62,424 nt of DNA from a virus (taxonomy: Duplodnaviria > Caudoviricetes): positions 1 to 62,424 of IMG/VR virus record IMGVR_UViG_3300011918_000036. One strand, written 5' to 3'. Shown piece by piece: positions 1 to 9,212 of this stretch. A program made the translations under genes and the position numbers. Each line of letters begins with the position of its first letter. Position 1 is the stretch's first letter. The notes below the pieces were generated by a model that worked only from the letters and a program-made list of their open reading frames with translations, ran no database searches and was not told the origin of the DNA.

Positions 1-945
1 TCACTCCGCAGCGCAAGGCAACGCGTAGAGACCTTGCCGCTGCTGAGTGACCACCAACTTTTTATAAGCCATCAACGGAAGGTCAGCTCCAGCTTTTCCC
101 TTGTCACGTGACTTCACCTTGAACACATCGATCGGTTTGTCGCTTTGCAAACCGGCGCGCTCCATGATTCGCTCGGCTCGCATGGGCTCACCCTTGAACG
201 ACCAAAGCGAACCAAAAACGGAGGCCTGAGCCTCGGTGAGGTTGATGTGGCCAAGCTCTGGTAACAGCACCGAACGGAAGTCCTTAGCAAAGGGGCCGTA
301 AACCGGTTTAGCGGGCTCACGTTGCGTTTCTGTGGGGCGTTGGCCCTGTGGGGCAATAAATGAGATTCCGCCGCCGTAAAAGGCAAACCGCTCCTGAAGT
401 GGCAGCCAATCAATGTCAGCGGCAAATGGGTGTGCGGTCTGGTCGATAGGTTTGGGCGTGATCACTCGTAACCGAGAGGCGTTGACTCGCAGCGCATCGA
501 GGGTCGCCGGTGCGTGCACCAGGCTGGACAAGTTGCGAGCCAGAATGACTGGCTCTTGTCGTGCATCGCCTAGTCGCCAGACGCCAGGACCGACTTGATC
601 GATTCCATCGCGGCTGTTGATCTCCATTGCCATGCGCAATTTTTGCCGTAGCCAATCCTCGTTGAGCGTGACGGCTGCCATGTCCTGTGGCTCGAGCTGA
701 ATCGAACCGCATTCAGGGCATTGGCAAAGTCTGCCCCCCTTGCCATCAGCAACGACCTGCCCCCGATGCAAGTTGCAGTATGGGCAAAGTGCGTATTGCT
801 GATTGACGGCGGCAGGCTTTATAGCGGAGCCTAGCAGTGAGCATGCCGCAAGCTCGTTCGGAGACAGCGCGTACCGAAATACGGGCGTTCCCTCAGCGAA
901 CAAGCGGCACACCAATGACCATGCGTGATGCGCAGTCACGCTCAC
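1..945 (-). CDS. Hypothetical protein with Zn-ribbon (CPYC..CPEC) and probable C-terminal winged helix
   Basis: 314 aa ORF, two CxxC pairs, overlaps the upstream ORF by 4 nt. Confidence 0.7.
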   Translation of the reverse strand: MSVTAHHAWSLVCRLFAEGTPVFRYALSPNELAACSLLGSAIKPAAVNQQYALCPYCNLHRGQVVADGKGGRLCQCPECGSIQLEPQDMAAVTLNEDWLRQKLRMAMEINSRDGIDQVGPGVWRLGDARQEPVILARNLSSLVHAPATLDALRVNASRLRVITPKPIDQTAHPFAADIDWLPLQERFAFYGGGISFIAPQGQRPTETQREPAKPVYGPFAKDFRSVLLPELGHINLTEAQASVFGSLWSFKGEPMRAERIMERAGLQSDKPIDVFKVKSRDKGKAGADLPLMAYKKLVVTQQRQGLYALPCAAE

Positions 946-2186
946 TCCTGGAACGCCGGTTCGGACTGAAATGCGTCCTCACCGGGTTGCTGCTCGTTGG
1001 CACTGAGCGTTTGACCCGCATCAAGGATGCCAAGGGTCACGAGGTAGCCCTCCAGTTGAGCTTGCATCTTGGCGTCGAACTTGTGAAGGTTCAGCCGCCC
1101 TTTGCGGGTGATCTCGATGGTGATGACCTTGGATCGCATCTTGCCCGGCTGTGGGGGGTAGTACAGATTGATGTGCGCCGAATTGATCTGCCAGTTGCGC
1201 TTGAGCGGGTTCTCGCTGGGGAATGCTTCAGCGATCAATTCGGTCACGCACTGTTGGTCGCTTGATGCTGTTGCGGTGCATTCGATCTTGAGATCACCAT
1301 GTGGGCTGAGCAGGGACAGTGTCTTGACCTGGACAGCCATGAAGCCGTCGGTCGTCAAGGCTTGAGGTACATCGAAACCCAGTCGTAGTGCAGACAGATC
1401 AAGGGTGGGCGGTTTGATGCGGTGGGCCTCCACCTTGACGCCCAGCAGGTGCTCTGAGAAGGCCTCGAGCAGCATGGTGTGGTACTTGACTCCGCCTTTG
1501 ACCAGTGAGCGAGCGACACCGGTCTTGGCTGAATACTCCAGCACCATGTGAATGTTGGGATTGCCGACGCGGCGAGTCAGGTTCGAGCCTTCGAACTCGA
1601 GGCGCAACATCGCCAGGTCCTTCACATGAACAGTCAACAGGTAGACATCCGGGGAGCGCTCCAGGACATAAGCCACGCTGCCGTCACCGCACTGCAACTC
1701 CCGCTGGTAGAACGCCGAGATGGCCTGCCGCATTCCGAGCAAGGCTGCCTCAGACGTGTCGGGTTTGCGTTTCACCCCAAGTTCATTCTGCTGAGCCTGT
1801 GATCCATGGCGTTCGAAGAAGTCAACGTCACCGGCCAGGTCAAAGAGTGCTGGGTAATTCACATACAGCCAGAACGAACGATGGATATCGCTTTGGTTGG
1901 AAACGAGCCCCATAAGGGCGACGCCATCCTGCCTTGCAACCTGGAACATCGCTTGTTTACCAGCCGCATCCCCAAGTGCAACACTGGCCATCAATTTGGC
2001 AATGAGCGCGTCTCGAGCAATTTCGTCTGGCCATGTCCGGATCGCTTCAATCACGGTCCGGGTGACCTCTTGGCCATCCGACCAAGACAGATCGTCGGGC
2101 AACGGCAGACCGTTAGCTGCCAGGAAGTTTTGGAGAGTGTTGTCTACGGGCAGCTCCAGCAGCACATCGACAAAGGTTTTTTTCAT
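942..2186 (-). CDS. Hypothetical protein (414 aa)
   Basis: Long ORF with AAGGA RBS, divergent from the XRE gene, coupled to 1..945. Confidence 0.75.
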   Translation of the reverse strand: MKKTFVDVLLELPVDNTLQNFLAANGLPLPDDLSWSDGQEVTRTVIEAIRTWPDEIARDALIAKLMASVALGDAAGKQAMFQVARQDGVALMGLVSNQSDIHRSFWLYVNYPALFDLAGDVDFFERHGSQAQQNELGVKRKPDTSEAALLGMRQAISAFYQRELQCGDGSVAYVLERSPDVYLLTVHVKDLAMLRLEFEGSNLTRRVGNPNIHMVLEYSAKTGVARSLVKGGVKYHTMLLEAFSEHLLGVKVEAHRIKPPTLDLSALRLGFDVPQALTTDGFMAVQVKTLSLLSPHGDLKIECTATASSDQQCVTELIAEAFPSENPLKRNWQINSAHINLYYPPQPGKMRSKVITIEITRKGRLNLHKFDAKMQAQLEGYLVTLGILDAGQTLSANEQQPGEDAFQSEPAFQE

Positions 2187-2267
2187 TTTCTTGGTCCTTA
2201 TGGAATGTCGGTGATCTGCGTGCAGGGGATGCTGGCGCTGGCCGACGGGTGGTAAACAAATACCCCG

Positions 2268-2372
2268 TCAAAGTAAAGTGGCGAGATACAGCGTAATTGT
2301 GTCCCGCTTATTTCCGATTGTCAAACTACGTAGAACATCTGGGTGAATGTGTATCTCAGTGCTATACTTTGA
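2268..2372. promoter_or_regulatory. Divergent promoter/operator pair TGTATCTC-N5-TWTACTTTGA
   Basis: 2350-2372 on + and 2268-2290 on - match at 18/23 positions; the + copy contains a TATACT -10-like hexamer. Confidence 0.6.
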
Positions 2373-2402
2373 GGCTGACTTGATTAAGACAGGAGCTTTT
2401 CC

Positions 2403-2750
2403 ATGGCATCGACCCTAGGAGCGCGTTTACGGCGTTTACGAGAGGCCAAAAAGCTGACGTTGCAGCAGGTAGCCGACGCCGTTGGCTGTACCAAGGCGTA
2501 CATCTGGGAACTGGAAATGAAGGAGGGGCAACGCCCTTCTGCCGAGCGGATTCATCTGCTGGCCAAGGTTCTGGGGGTCACGATGGAGGACCTGATGAAC
2601 GAATCAAATGAGCAGGTTCCCCAGGCATCCGTTGAAGACGTGGCCTTCTTTCGCCAGTACGCTGGCATGACGGAAGAAGAAAAGCAGCGCTATCAACAAG
2701 CCCTCAAACTGATGTTCCCAACTGCGGGGCAAGAGGAAACCATGAGTTGA
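2403..2750 (+). CDS. XRE-family HTH repressor (ImmR/CapH-like)
   Basis: LRRLREAKKLTLQQVADAVGCTKAYIWELE is an HTH_3-type motif; AGGAG RBS. Confidence 0.9.
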   Translation: MASTLGARLRRLREAKKLTLQQVADAVGCTKAYIWELEMKEGQRPSAERIHLLAKVLGVTMEDLMNESNEQVPQASVEDVAFFRQYAGMTEEEKQRYQQALKLMFPTAGQEETMS

Positions 2751-3661
2751 GTGACAGCGCTCAACTGACACCGAGCAAGGCAGCCAACACCATCCTGCGA
2801 TGGATTCGCGTGGCCAGTGGGGAGACGGCTGCGTACACAGACCTCGACATGGTTCGAGAGGGGTTGCCTGGCACTCCCTACGGAGAAGGCGTCAAGATCA
2901 TAAAGCCCCCCATGGCGTCTCCAGTGAGAAGCTCAGAGGGAATGCTGGTGTGCAACCCGAACGATCCAACCGAATGGGGCATCTTCGTTAATGAGGATGC
3001 CAGCCCTGAACGTCGTCGCTTCACGATCGCACACGAGCTGGGTCACTTTGTCCTCCACAGAGCCAAGCGGCGCACATTCAACTGCGACAAAGCAGCAGTG
3101 CATCTGAGCTTGGAAAGTGCAGGCGTCATCGAGCGCGAGGCGGATGATTTCGCAAGCAACCTTCTGATGCCAGGGGATGTACTGCGTGAGCGGATTACAA
3201 GTCAGGACGTTGACCTGCACCTTCTGAGTGGACTTGCGAAGTCATTCGGCGTCTCGTTTGAAGCGTTGTGCATTCGCTTCATCAAGTACACAGAAAAGCG
3301 AGCCATCTTGCTGCACTGGGACAACGGGTTTCTCAAATACGAATGGCGCAGCAGAAGTGCTGTACTCAGCAACACACGCATTCGTAGACTGAGCGACCCA
3401 GTGGAGCCGTTGCGAGACACCGTAGCTGCCGATGCAAGCATCGCCCAGGAGTGGACTGGTATTGATATGTCTGCTTCCGTCTGGTGCGTTGGGGAGCAGC
3501 CGTACATGAAGCTTCAAGAGTTCAAGCACAGCTACGGCGTGCGTGACCGTGTTCTGACATTGCTGATACTTGAAGATGCCGAGCCCCGCCGATGGGATAA
3601 CTCTTGGAACGATCAACGCTCATTCGATAGCTATGACAAGTTCATGGGGAACGATCAATGA
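2747..3661 (+). CDS. ImmA/IrrE-family metallopeptidase
   Basis: RRRFTIAHELGH (HExxH) and EREADDFASNLLMP. Confidence 0.9.
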   Translation: MSDSAQLTPSKAANTILRWIRVASGETAAYTDLDMVREGLPGTPYGEGVKIIKPPMASPVRSSEGMLVCNPNDPTEWGIFVNEDASPERRRFTIAHELGHFVLHRAKRRTFNCDKAAVHLSLESAGVIEREADDFASNLLMPGDVLRERITSQDVDLHLLSGLAKSFGVSFEALCIRFIKYTEKRAILLHWDNGFLKYEWRSRSAVLSNTRIRRLSDPVEPLRDTVAADASIAQEWTGIDMSASVWCVGEQPYMKLQEFKHSYGVRDRVLTLLILEDAEPRRWDNSWNDQRSFDSYDKFMGNDQ

Positions 3662-4044
3662 CGACCACTTTGTTCACGTCTAAATCGGGTCAGCAGTACG
3701 ACATTGATGTCACAGATGGATCGGAAATACTTGTGACAAAAGATGGGAAGAAGTGTGGGTCCATCCTGTTGAGCTACCGAGAGTGTGATGGCGATGATTA
3801 CTACCACATCACCAATTTAGGGTTAGAGGGGTGCAAGGGGCAAGGCGTGGGGCGTCAATGCTTGAAGATGCACAAGGAAACGTTTGGTTCGCCATTGACC
3901 GCTGGCTCTAGCCACAATGGAAAGCAGGACGATGGAAGTCATCTCACGGGTGATGGGCCAGGCTTCATCAAGAAGATGCGCGAAGAAGGAATCGTCTGTC
4001 GCGAGCGAAATTACGACGAACCTCGCGATTACGAATTCGAATAA
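3658..4044 (+). CDS. Putative GNAT-fold protein
   Basis: CKGQGVGRQCL resembles the acetyl-CoA-binding motif A; ATGA-coupled to the ImmA gene. Confidence 0.5.
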   Translation: MTTTLFTSKSGQQYDIDVTDGSEILVTKDGKKCGSILLSYRECDGDDYYHITNLGLEGCKGQGVGRQCLKMHKETFGSPLTAGSSHNGKQDDGSHLTGDGPGFIKKMREEGIVCRERNYDEPRDYEFE

Positions 4045-4145
4045 CTAGCGGACTTTGCGCGTCCTCCACTCATCTCCACGAAAGTAGTTACTTGGAGGGG
4101 GGATGACCCATAGCATGACAAGCGTTTTCTACTGGAACGCTAATC

Positions 4146-4355
4146 ATGCAAAACAACAAACACATCTCAAATTTCGGGGCTGGCCCAGCCCCCAGACACC
4201 CGCAGCAAGAAGTCGTTGATCTAATCGCCGTGGCGCTGCTACGGCTGCGCGAAGCCGAGGCCTCGGCGCGGAATCCTTCACCTATTCGCAACAGTAGGGA
4301 GGTTTCACTTGGCTTCGCTGGCCAGAAGAGCGTGAATGCAAACACCGATCACTAA
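4146..4355 (+). CDS. Small hypothetical protein upstream of DUF2924
   Basis: 69 aa ORF ending just before the RBS of the DUF2924 gene. Confidence 0.45.
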   Translation: MQNNKHISNFGAGPAPRHPQQEVVDLIAVALLRLREAEASARNPSPIRNSREVSLGFAGQKSVNANTDH

Positions 4356-4369
4356 CAAGGAGTTTGCAT

Positions 4370-4837
4370 ATGACGACACACGCACAACCATCAAAAACCA
4401 TCTCGGTCGCAGCACAGGTCGGGCAGCTGGCACACCTGTCGATGCGCGAAATCTGGGCTCTATGGGATGAGCACTTTGACGAGAGACCGCAGCACCATCA
4501 CCGGACTTGGCTTGAGTCCCGACTGGCATACAAGATTCAAGAAAAAGCATTCGGATCTCTCAAGCCAACGACGCGAAGAAAGCTGGAGGAAATCGGCGAA
4601 ACAGGGCTACTGCCCAAGCGCATGCAAGGTGATGCAGATCGCTTGCTGCCTGGCACGATGCTCACCCGCTTTTATGACGACCAGGAGCATAAAGTCGTTG
4701 TGCGTGGCGTGCGCGATTTTGAATATCGGGGGCAGCGCTTTAAAAGCCTGTCGGCGATTGCACGCCTGATCGCGGGGTGCCCTTGGTCGGGACCTGCCTT
4801 CTTCGGATTGAAGTCCAACAAGAAGGAGGCTGCATGA
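4370..4837 (+). CDS. DUF2924 protein (recombinase-associated)
   Basis: RLAYKIQEKAFG, LLPGTMLTR, FKSLSAIARLIAG..WSGPAFFGL; directly upstream of the serine recombinase. Confidence 0.85.
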   Translation: MTTHAQPSKTISVAAQVGQLAHLSMREIWALWDEHFDERPQHHHRTWLESRLAYKIQEKAFGSLKPTTRRKLEEIGETGLLPKRMQGDADRLLPGTMLTRFYDDQEHKVVVRGVRDFEYRGQRFKSLSAIARLIAGCPWSGPAFFGLKSNKKEAA

Positions 4838-6252
4838 GAAACGCACGAACAACAAACGCCGCTACCCCATCATTCATCCCAAAAAAGCGATGCGCCATCT
4901 ACACGCGCAAGTCGACTGAAGAGGGGCTGGATCAGGAGTACAACAGCCTTGAGGCTCAGCGTGATGCGGGCCTATCGTTTGTGAACAGCCAACGTCATGA
5001 AGGCTGGCTGGCGCTGGATGACACATATGACGACGGAGGATTTTCCGGCGGCAACATTGATCGACCAGGGCTCAAGCGTTTGATGCAGGACATTGAAGCC
5101 AAGCGCATCGACGTTGTGGTGGTTTACAAGATCGACCGCCTCACGCGTAGCCTTCCAGACTTTGCCAAACTGGTGGAGGTGTTCGACCGCAACAACGTCT
5201 CGTTTGTATCAGTCACGCAGCAGTTCAACACGACAACATCGATGGGGCGACTCACGCTCAACATTCTGCTGTCCTTCGCTCAGTTTGAGCGTGAGGTCAC
5301 GGGTGAGCGCATCAGGGACAAGATTGCCGCCAGCAAAGCCAAGGGCATGTGGATGGGCGGAACGCCTCCACTCGGGTATGACGTCGTTGATCGAAAACTG
5401 GTCATCAACGAACGTGAGGCTACGCTGGTGCGAGACATTTTCAGCCGGTACGCAGAGCACGGTTCGGCAGCGCGATTGGTTCGTGAACTGGATATCGAAG
5501 GTCACACCACTAAGTCATGGGTGACCCAGTCGGGTCAGCACCGAGAGGGGAGACCCATCGATCAGCAGTATCTGTTTTCCCTTCTGCGCAATCGCATCTA
5601 CCTTGGGGAAATCAGTCACAAGGGCGAGTTCTATCCCGCGCAGCACGAGCCCATTGTGTCGTCGGAACTATGGGATCGAGTGCATGCATTTGTGAACCGA
5701 CGCAAGCAAGGGCCGAGAGAGCGCAAGGAGGACTACCCAGCGCTTTTGGGTGGGTTGCTGTTTGCGCCAGACGGGCAACGCATGATCCATCACTACACCA
5801 AGAAAAAAAATGGTCGGATGTATCGGTACTACGTGCCGTACTTGGAAAGGCGGCGCTCAGCTGGTGCAACGCAAGACGGGAAAACCAAGAGCCTGGGGGC
5901 TTTGCCTGCGGCAGAAATTGAAGGTGTAGTGCTCAACGAGATCGAGCTGGCGCTCATGGAGCCAGAGCCATTGATTGGTGTCTGGCGCGCATGCTTGCGC
6001 CACAGCGCAGGAGCAGATCTACAAGAAGAGCAGGTGGTGGTCTCCATGCGACGCATCGCGGATGTGTGGAAACAACTCTTCCCGGCTGAGCAGCAACGCG
6101 TTGCACAACTGCTCATTGAGCGCGTGAACTTCAGGGATGGCAGCCTGGACATCCATTGGCGTGAGGATGGCTGGATTGGTCTGGATCCTGAAATCGTGGC
6201 CCACCCCTATGTGGAGGAAGCCAAGGAATATGCGAAGGAGGAGATGGCATGA
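4834..6252 (+). CDS. Large serine recombinase (probable integrase)
   Basis: CAIYTRKST catalytic Ser motif, VVVYKIDRLTRS, recombinase domain; ATGA overlap with DUF2924. Confidence 0.92.
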   Translation: MRNARTTNAATPSFIPKKRCAIYTRKSTEEGLDQEYNSLEAQRDAGLSFVNSQRHEGWLALDDTYDDGGFSGGNIDRPGLKRLMQDIEAKRIDVVVVYKIDRLTRSLPDFAKLVEVFDRNNVSFVSVTQQFNTTTSMGRLTLNILLSFAQFEREVTGERIRDKIAASKAKGMWMGGTPPLGYDVVDRKLVINEREATLVRDIFSRYAEHGSAARLVRELDIEGHTTKSWVTQSGQHREGRPIDQQYLFSLLRNRIYLGEISHKGEFYPAQHEPIVSSELWDRVHAFVNRRKQGPRERKEDYPALLGGLLFAPDGQRMIHHYTKKKNGRMYRYYVPYLERRRSAGATQDGKTKSLGALPAAEIEGVVLNEIELALMEPEPLIGVWRACLRHSAGADLQEEQVVVSMRRIADVWKQLFPAEQQRVAQLLIERVNFRDGSLDIHWREDGWIGLDPEIVAHPYVEEAKEYAKEEMA

Positions 6253-6719
6253 CAACAGAGGCTTATCAAGGCAACCCTAGGTTGCGCAGCGTGCGAATCG
6301 ATGTCGACGGCAAGAGTTGTCAGTTCATGACCGACAGTCAAAGAGTGACGATGATCCCTCTCAAAATCAGGCGCAAGCAAAACAGAAAGCTGCTTACGTC
6401 GCCATCGGGAACGATGTCAAACGTCATGTCTGGCGGCGTGGATATCCCGATGATCAAGACCTTGGGTAAGGCGTTCTACTGGCAGCGCCTGCTCGAGGAT
6501 GGTAAATATGCGACGGCAAGGGATCTGGCGCGAGCCTTCGATTTGGAGCCTGGGTGGGTGGCTGAGGTCCTTCGCATGACCAGTCTGGCTCCAGACATTG
6601 TTGAGGCCATTATGGAAGGCGTGCAGCCCAGGCATCTGAATCTTCAGACGATCCGTGGTCGACATGAGCCTCTACCTCGGGAGTGGGATGAGCAGAAAAA
6701 GATGCTTGCCTTTGTGTGA
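6249..6719 (+). CDS. Recombinase-associated hypothetical protein with HTH-like segment
   Basis: ATARDLARAFDLEPGWVAEVLRMTSLAPDIVEAI; coupled to the recombinase. Confidence 0.7.
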   Translation: MTTEAYQGNPRLRSVRIDVDGKSCQFMTDSQRVTMIPLKIRRKQNRKLLTSPSGTMSNVMSGGVDIPMIKTLGKAFYWQRLLEDGKYATARDLARAFDLEPGWVAEVLRMTSLAPDIVEAIMEGVQPRHLNLQTIRGRHEPLPREWDEQKKMLAFV

Positions 6720-6865
6720 TTTGGTTCAGCTTGATTTGACGACAAGCGGCCAAGAACGGTTCGTGACAGGTAGTTGAAACCGGATGCTCAACGCTCGCGG
6801 TAAGGGGCATGCTGAAGACAGAACGGGGGAAAACTGTCACGCTTGATGGATGGGTTGGGCATGCC

Positions 6866-7225
6866 CTAATTTTTATTCTTTCTTGCACTACAAAGCGTCG
6901 TTGAGAGCCCACGGTTCAGTTTTCTTTCCGTGCCTGCCTTTATGTAGCAAGCAACAGTCTTTTCTGAATTTACTGAACCAGCACAAAGTTCAACGGCGAT
7001 GCCGCGAATAATGCCTTCATCAACTTTTGATACAAGGCCGTAGCACTTTGCGGGCTCAGGCGTCCAAGCACCTGAGCAAAGCTCGGTTGCCGACCCGATA
7101 TTGATCTTGGGGTCTAGCTCGGCAACGTCGTTCAAACAATCGGTTGGATCATAGGCGAAGGCGACAGTGCTGTGCCCTATGGCAAGGACAAGAAAAATAA
7201 TGCTTAGAGCTTTGGTCGTATGCAT
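6866..7225 (-). CDS. Putative secreted Cys-repeat protein (moron)
   Basis: Signal peptide ending AFA; three ~31 aa repeats with 6 Cys; AT-rich upstream region. Confidence 0.65.
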   Translation of the reverse strand: MHTTKALSIIFLVLAIGHSTVAFAYDPTDCLNDVAELDPKINIGSATELCSGAWTPEPAKCYGLVSKVDEGIIRGIAVELCAGSVNSEKTVACYIKAGTERKLNRGLSTTLCSARKNKN

Positions 7226-7596
7226 TCGTGTTCCCCTATTAGGACGCCAAACGTAATTTTTAACAAGTGAAATGAATGATGCAATATTACTAAACTCAGC
7301 TATGCGACCCGCCGCCCTTGCTGCGTTGCCCGCCACACGGTTTCTGAATTAGGTCCGTTAGCGAGTTAATTCAGCCCACTTTAGATTTACGCACAGGATT
7401 GGGACACGCCATGGCACAGCGCATAGAAAGACGACGGCTTTGTGGCTGTGCGATGACCGACAGAACTCGGTCGGACGGAGACATACCTGACAGTGTCCGT
7501 CAAAGAACATCCGGACAACAGTAAATAACTGCCTGAACATCAGGCAACTTCACCAGCGGCGAGTCAAGTGCTCGCCGTTTTCATTTTTGGCGGGGC

Positions 7597-7653
7597 ATTG
7601 GCGAACCAGAAGTTTCCGCATGGTTCGCCAATTGGTCCCTCGTATGTTCGCCA
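7597..7653. promoter_or_regulatory. Operator-like inverted repeat upstream of the early operon
   Basis: ATTGGCGAACCA-N12-TGGTTCGCCAAT perfect 12-bp IR plus a third GTTCGCCA half-site at 7646-7653. Confidence 0.6.
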
Positions 7654-7704
7654 CCCGAAATCTCCAATGACACCTGTTCCTCAACAACGTCAAAGGAGTA
7701 TTTC

Positions 7705-7968
7705 ATGCCAGCAACGGCAACCGCACTCACCCGATCGACCCAAGAGGCGATCAACACCCTGTCACCCGGAGATCGCCGGGTGCTCAACGAAAACGAACTG
7801 GCCCAGCGCTGGGGCATCAGCCCCAAAACGCTTCAACGCTGGCGCTGTGAAGGTCGTGGCCCCAAGTACCTGAAATTGTCTAAACGCGTGAGCTACCCGC
7901 TCGAAGGCGTATTCGATTTCGAACACAACGCTCTGCACGTTTCGACGTCTGAGCGGGCCATGGCGTGA
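7705..7968 (+). CDS. AlpA/excisionase-like HTH protein
   Basis: LNENELAQRWGISPKTLQRWR..GPKYLKL..RVSY. Confidence 0.85.
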   Translation: MPATATALTRSTQEAINTLSPGDRRVLNENELAQRWGISPKTLQRWRCEGRGPKYLKLSKRVSYPLEGVFDFEHNALHVSTSERAMA

Positions 7969-7980
7969 AGGGAGGATGAC

Positions 7981-8460
7981 ATGAACGATTTGTCTATTTT
8001 CCCCGCCGACATCGCCGAGATGTCCGTCACACAACTTGCCAATTTGTCTGCGCAGCAATTGGTTGAAGTCGACACCAACTTGGATCAGGCGATCGCTTGG
8101 CTCAAGGCAGCTCGCGCAAAGCTCGATGGTGCTCTCGACCAGCGGTTTGGTGCACAGGGCCGCGACAGCCTGCATGCCTCTGGCCGTGACTTTGGCACTT
8201 CTCACGTAAAGACCGAAGGGCTACACGTCAAGTTTGATCTGCCCAAGAAAGTCTCGTGGGATCAAAAGAAGCTCAAGACCATCGCCGAGCGAATCGTCGC
8301 TTCTGGTGAGGCTGTCGAGAGCTACCTCGACATCAAGTTGTCTGTGCCCGAGTCCCGCTACACGAACTGGCCACCTGCATTGCAGCAGCAGTTTGCCGAC
8401 GCCCGCACCGTCGAGGCAGGCAAACCCTCTTTCCACATTTCCCCTGACTCGGAGGTCTGA
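7981..8460 (+). CDS. Conserved phage hypothetical protein
   Basis: 159 aa ORF with GGAGG RBS in the early operon. Confidence 0.75.
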   Translation: MNDLSIFPADIAEMSVTQLANLSAQQLVEVDTNLDQAIAWLKAARAKLDGALDQRFGAQGRDSLHASGRDFGTSHVKTEGLHVKFDLPKKVSWDQKKLKTIAERIVASGEAVESYLDIKLSVPESRYTNWPPALQQQFADARTVEAGKPSFHISPDSEV

Positions 8461-8462
8461 TC

Positions 8463-9212
8463 ATGAATCAGCAACTTGCCCCATTTGATTTTGAAGGTCG
8501 ACAAGTGCGCATCGTGACTGATGCACAAGGCGAGCCATGGTTTGTGGCCGCTGATGTGCTGTCAACGATCAGCCTTGATCGCAAGGCGCTCGAGCGACTC
8601 GATGACGACGAAAAGGGTGTGAACTCAATTCACACCCCTGGCGGAGTCCAAGAGATGACAACGGTCAATGAGCCCGGTCTCTACGCTCTGGTGCTAGGCA
8701 GCCGAAAAGCAGAGGCCAAACGCTTTAAGCGTTGGGTCACTCACGAAGTCCTGCCTACCATCCGAAAGACTGGCTCCTACGCTGTGCCCGCAATCGCTGC
8801 ATTGCCCGCACCTACGCAAGACCGTGTCACATCGTTGCTCTTGATTGGTGAAGCTGTTGCCAAAGTTCCTGGTGTGAAAGCAGGCATTGCCATGGCTGCA
8901 ACCCTCACGTGCATCCATGAAAACACCGGACTGGCCATTGAGACATTGCGCCGTGCGCTGCCTGCAGCCAACGAGCCGATCTGCTCCTTGAATGCCACTC
9001 AACTTGGCAAGCTGGTTGGCTTGTCAGCAAAGACCACCAATCTGCGCCTGGCCAACTTGGGTCTGCAAGTGCGCAATGAGCGCGATGAGTGGGAGTTGAC
9101 CGAGATTGGTGAGGCCTGGGCGGAAGCCATGCCGTATTCGCGCAATGGACACAGCGGGTACCAGATTCTCTGGAATCCGAGCGTTGCCCAAGAAATGCGG
9201 GAGGTGGCGTGA
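8463..9212 (+). CDS. BRO-N domain antirepressor-like protein
   Basis: FDFEGRQVRIV..GEPWFVAADV, NEPGLYALVLGSRKAEAKRFKRWVTHEVLPTIRKTGSY. Confidence 0.9.
   Translation: MNQQLAPFDFEGRQVRIVTDAQGEPWFVAADVLSTISLDRKALERLDDDEKGVNSIHTPGGVQEMTTVNEPGLYALVLGSRKAEAKRFKRWVTHEVLPTIRKTGSYAVPAIAALPAPTQDRVTSLLLIGEAVAKVPGVKAGIAMAATLTCIHENTGLAIETLRRALPAANEPICSLNATQLGKLVGLSAKTTNLRLANLGLQVRNERDEWELTEIGEAWAEAMPYSRNGHSGYQILWNPSVAQEMREVA

Noticed and set aside
7480-7505. Weak similarity (GTGTCC-GTC) to 44205-44225 as possible attL/attR
   Set aside because: Too short and degenerate; serine recombinase att sites cannot be called without an empty-site comparison.
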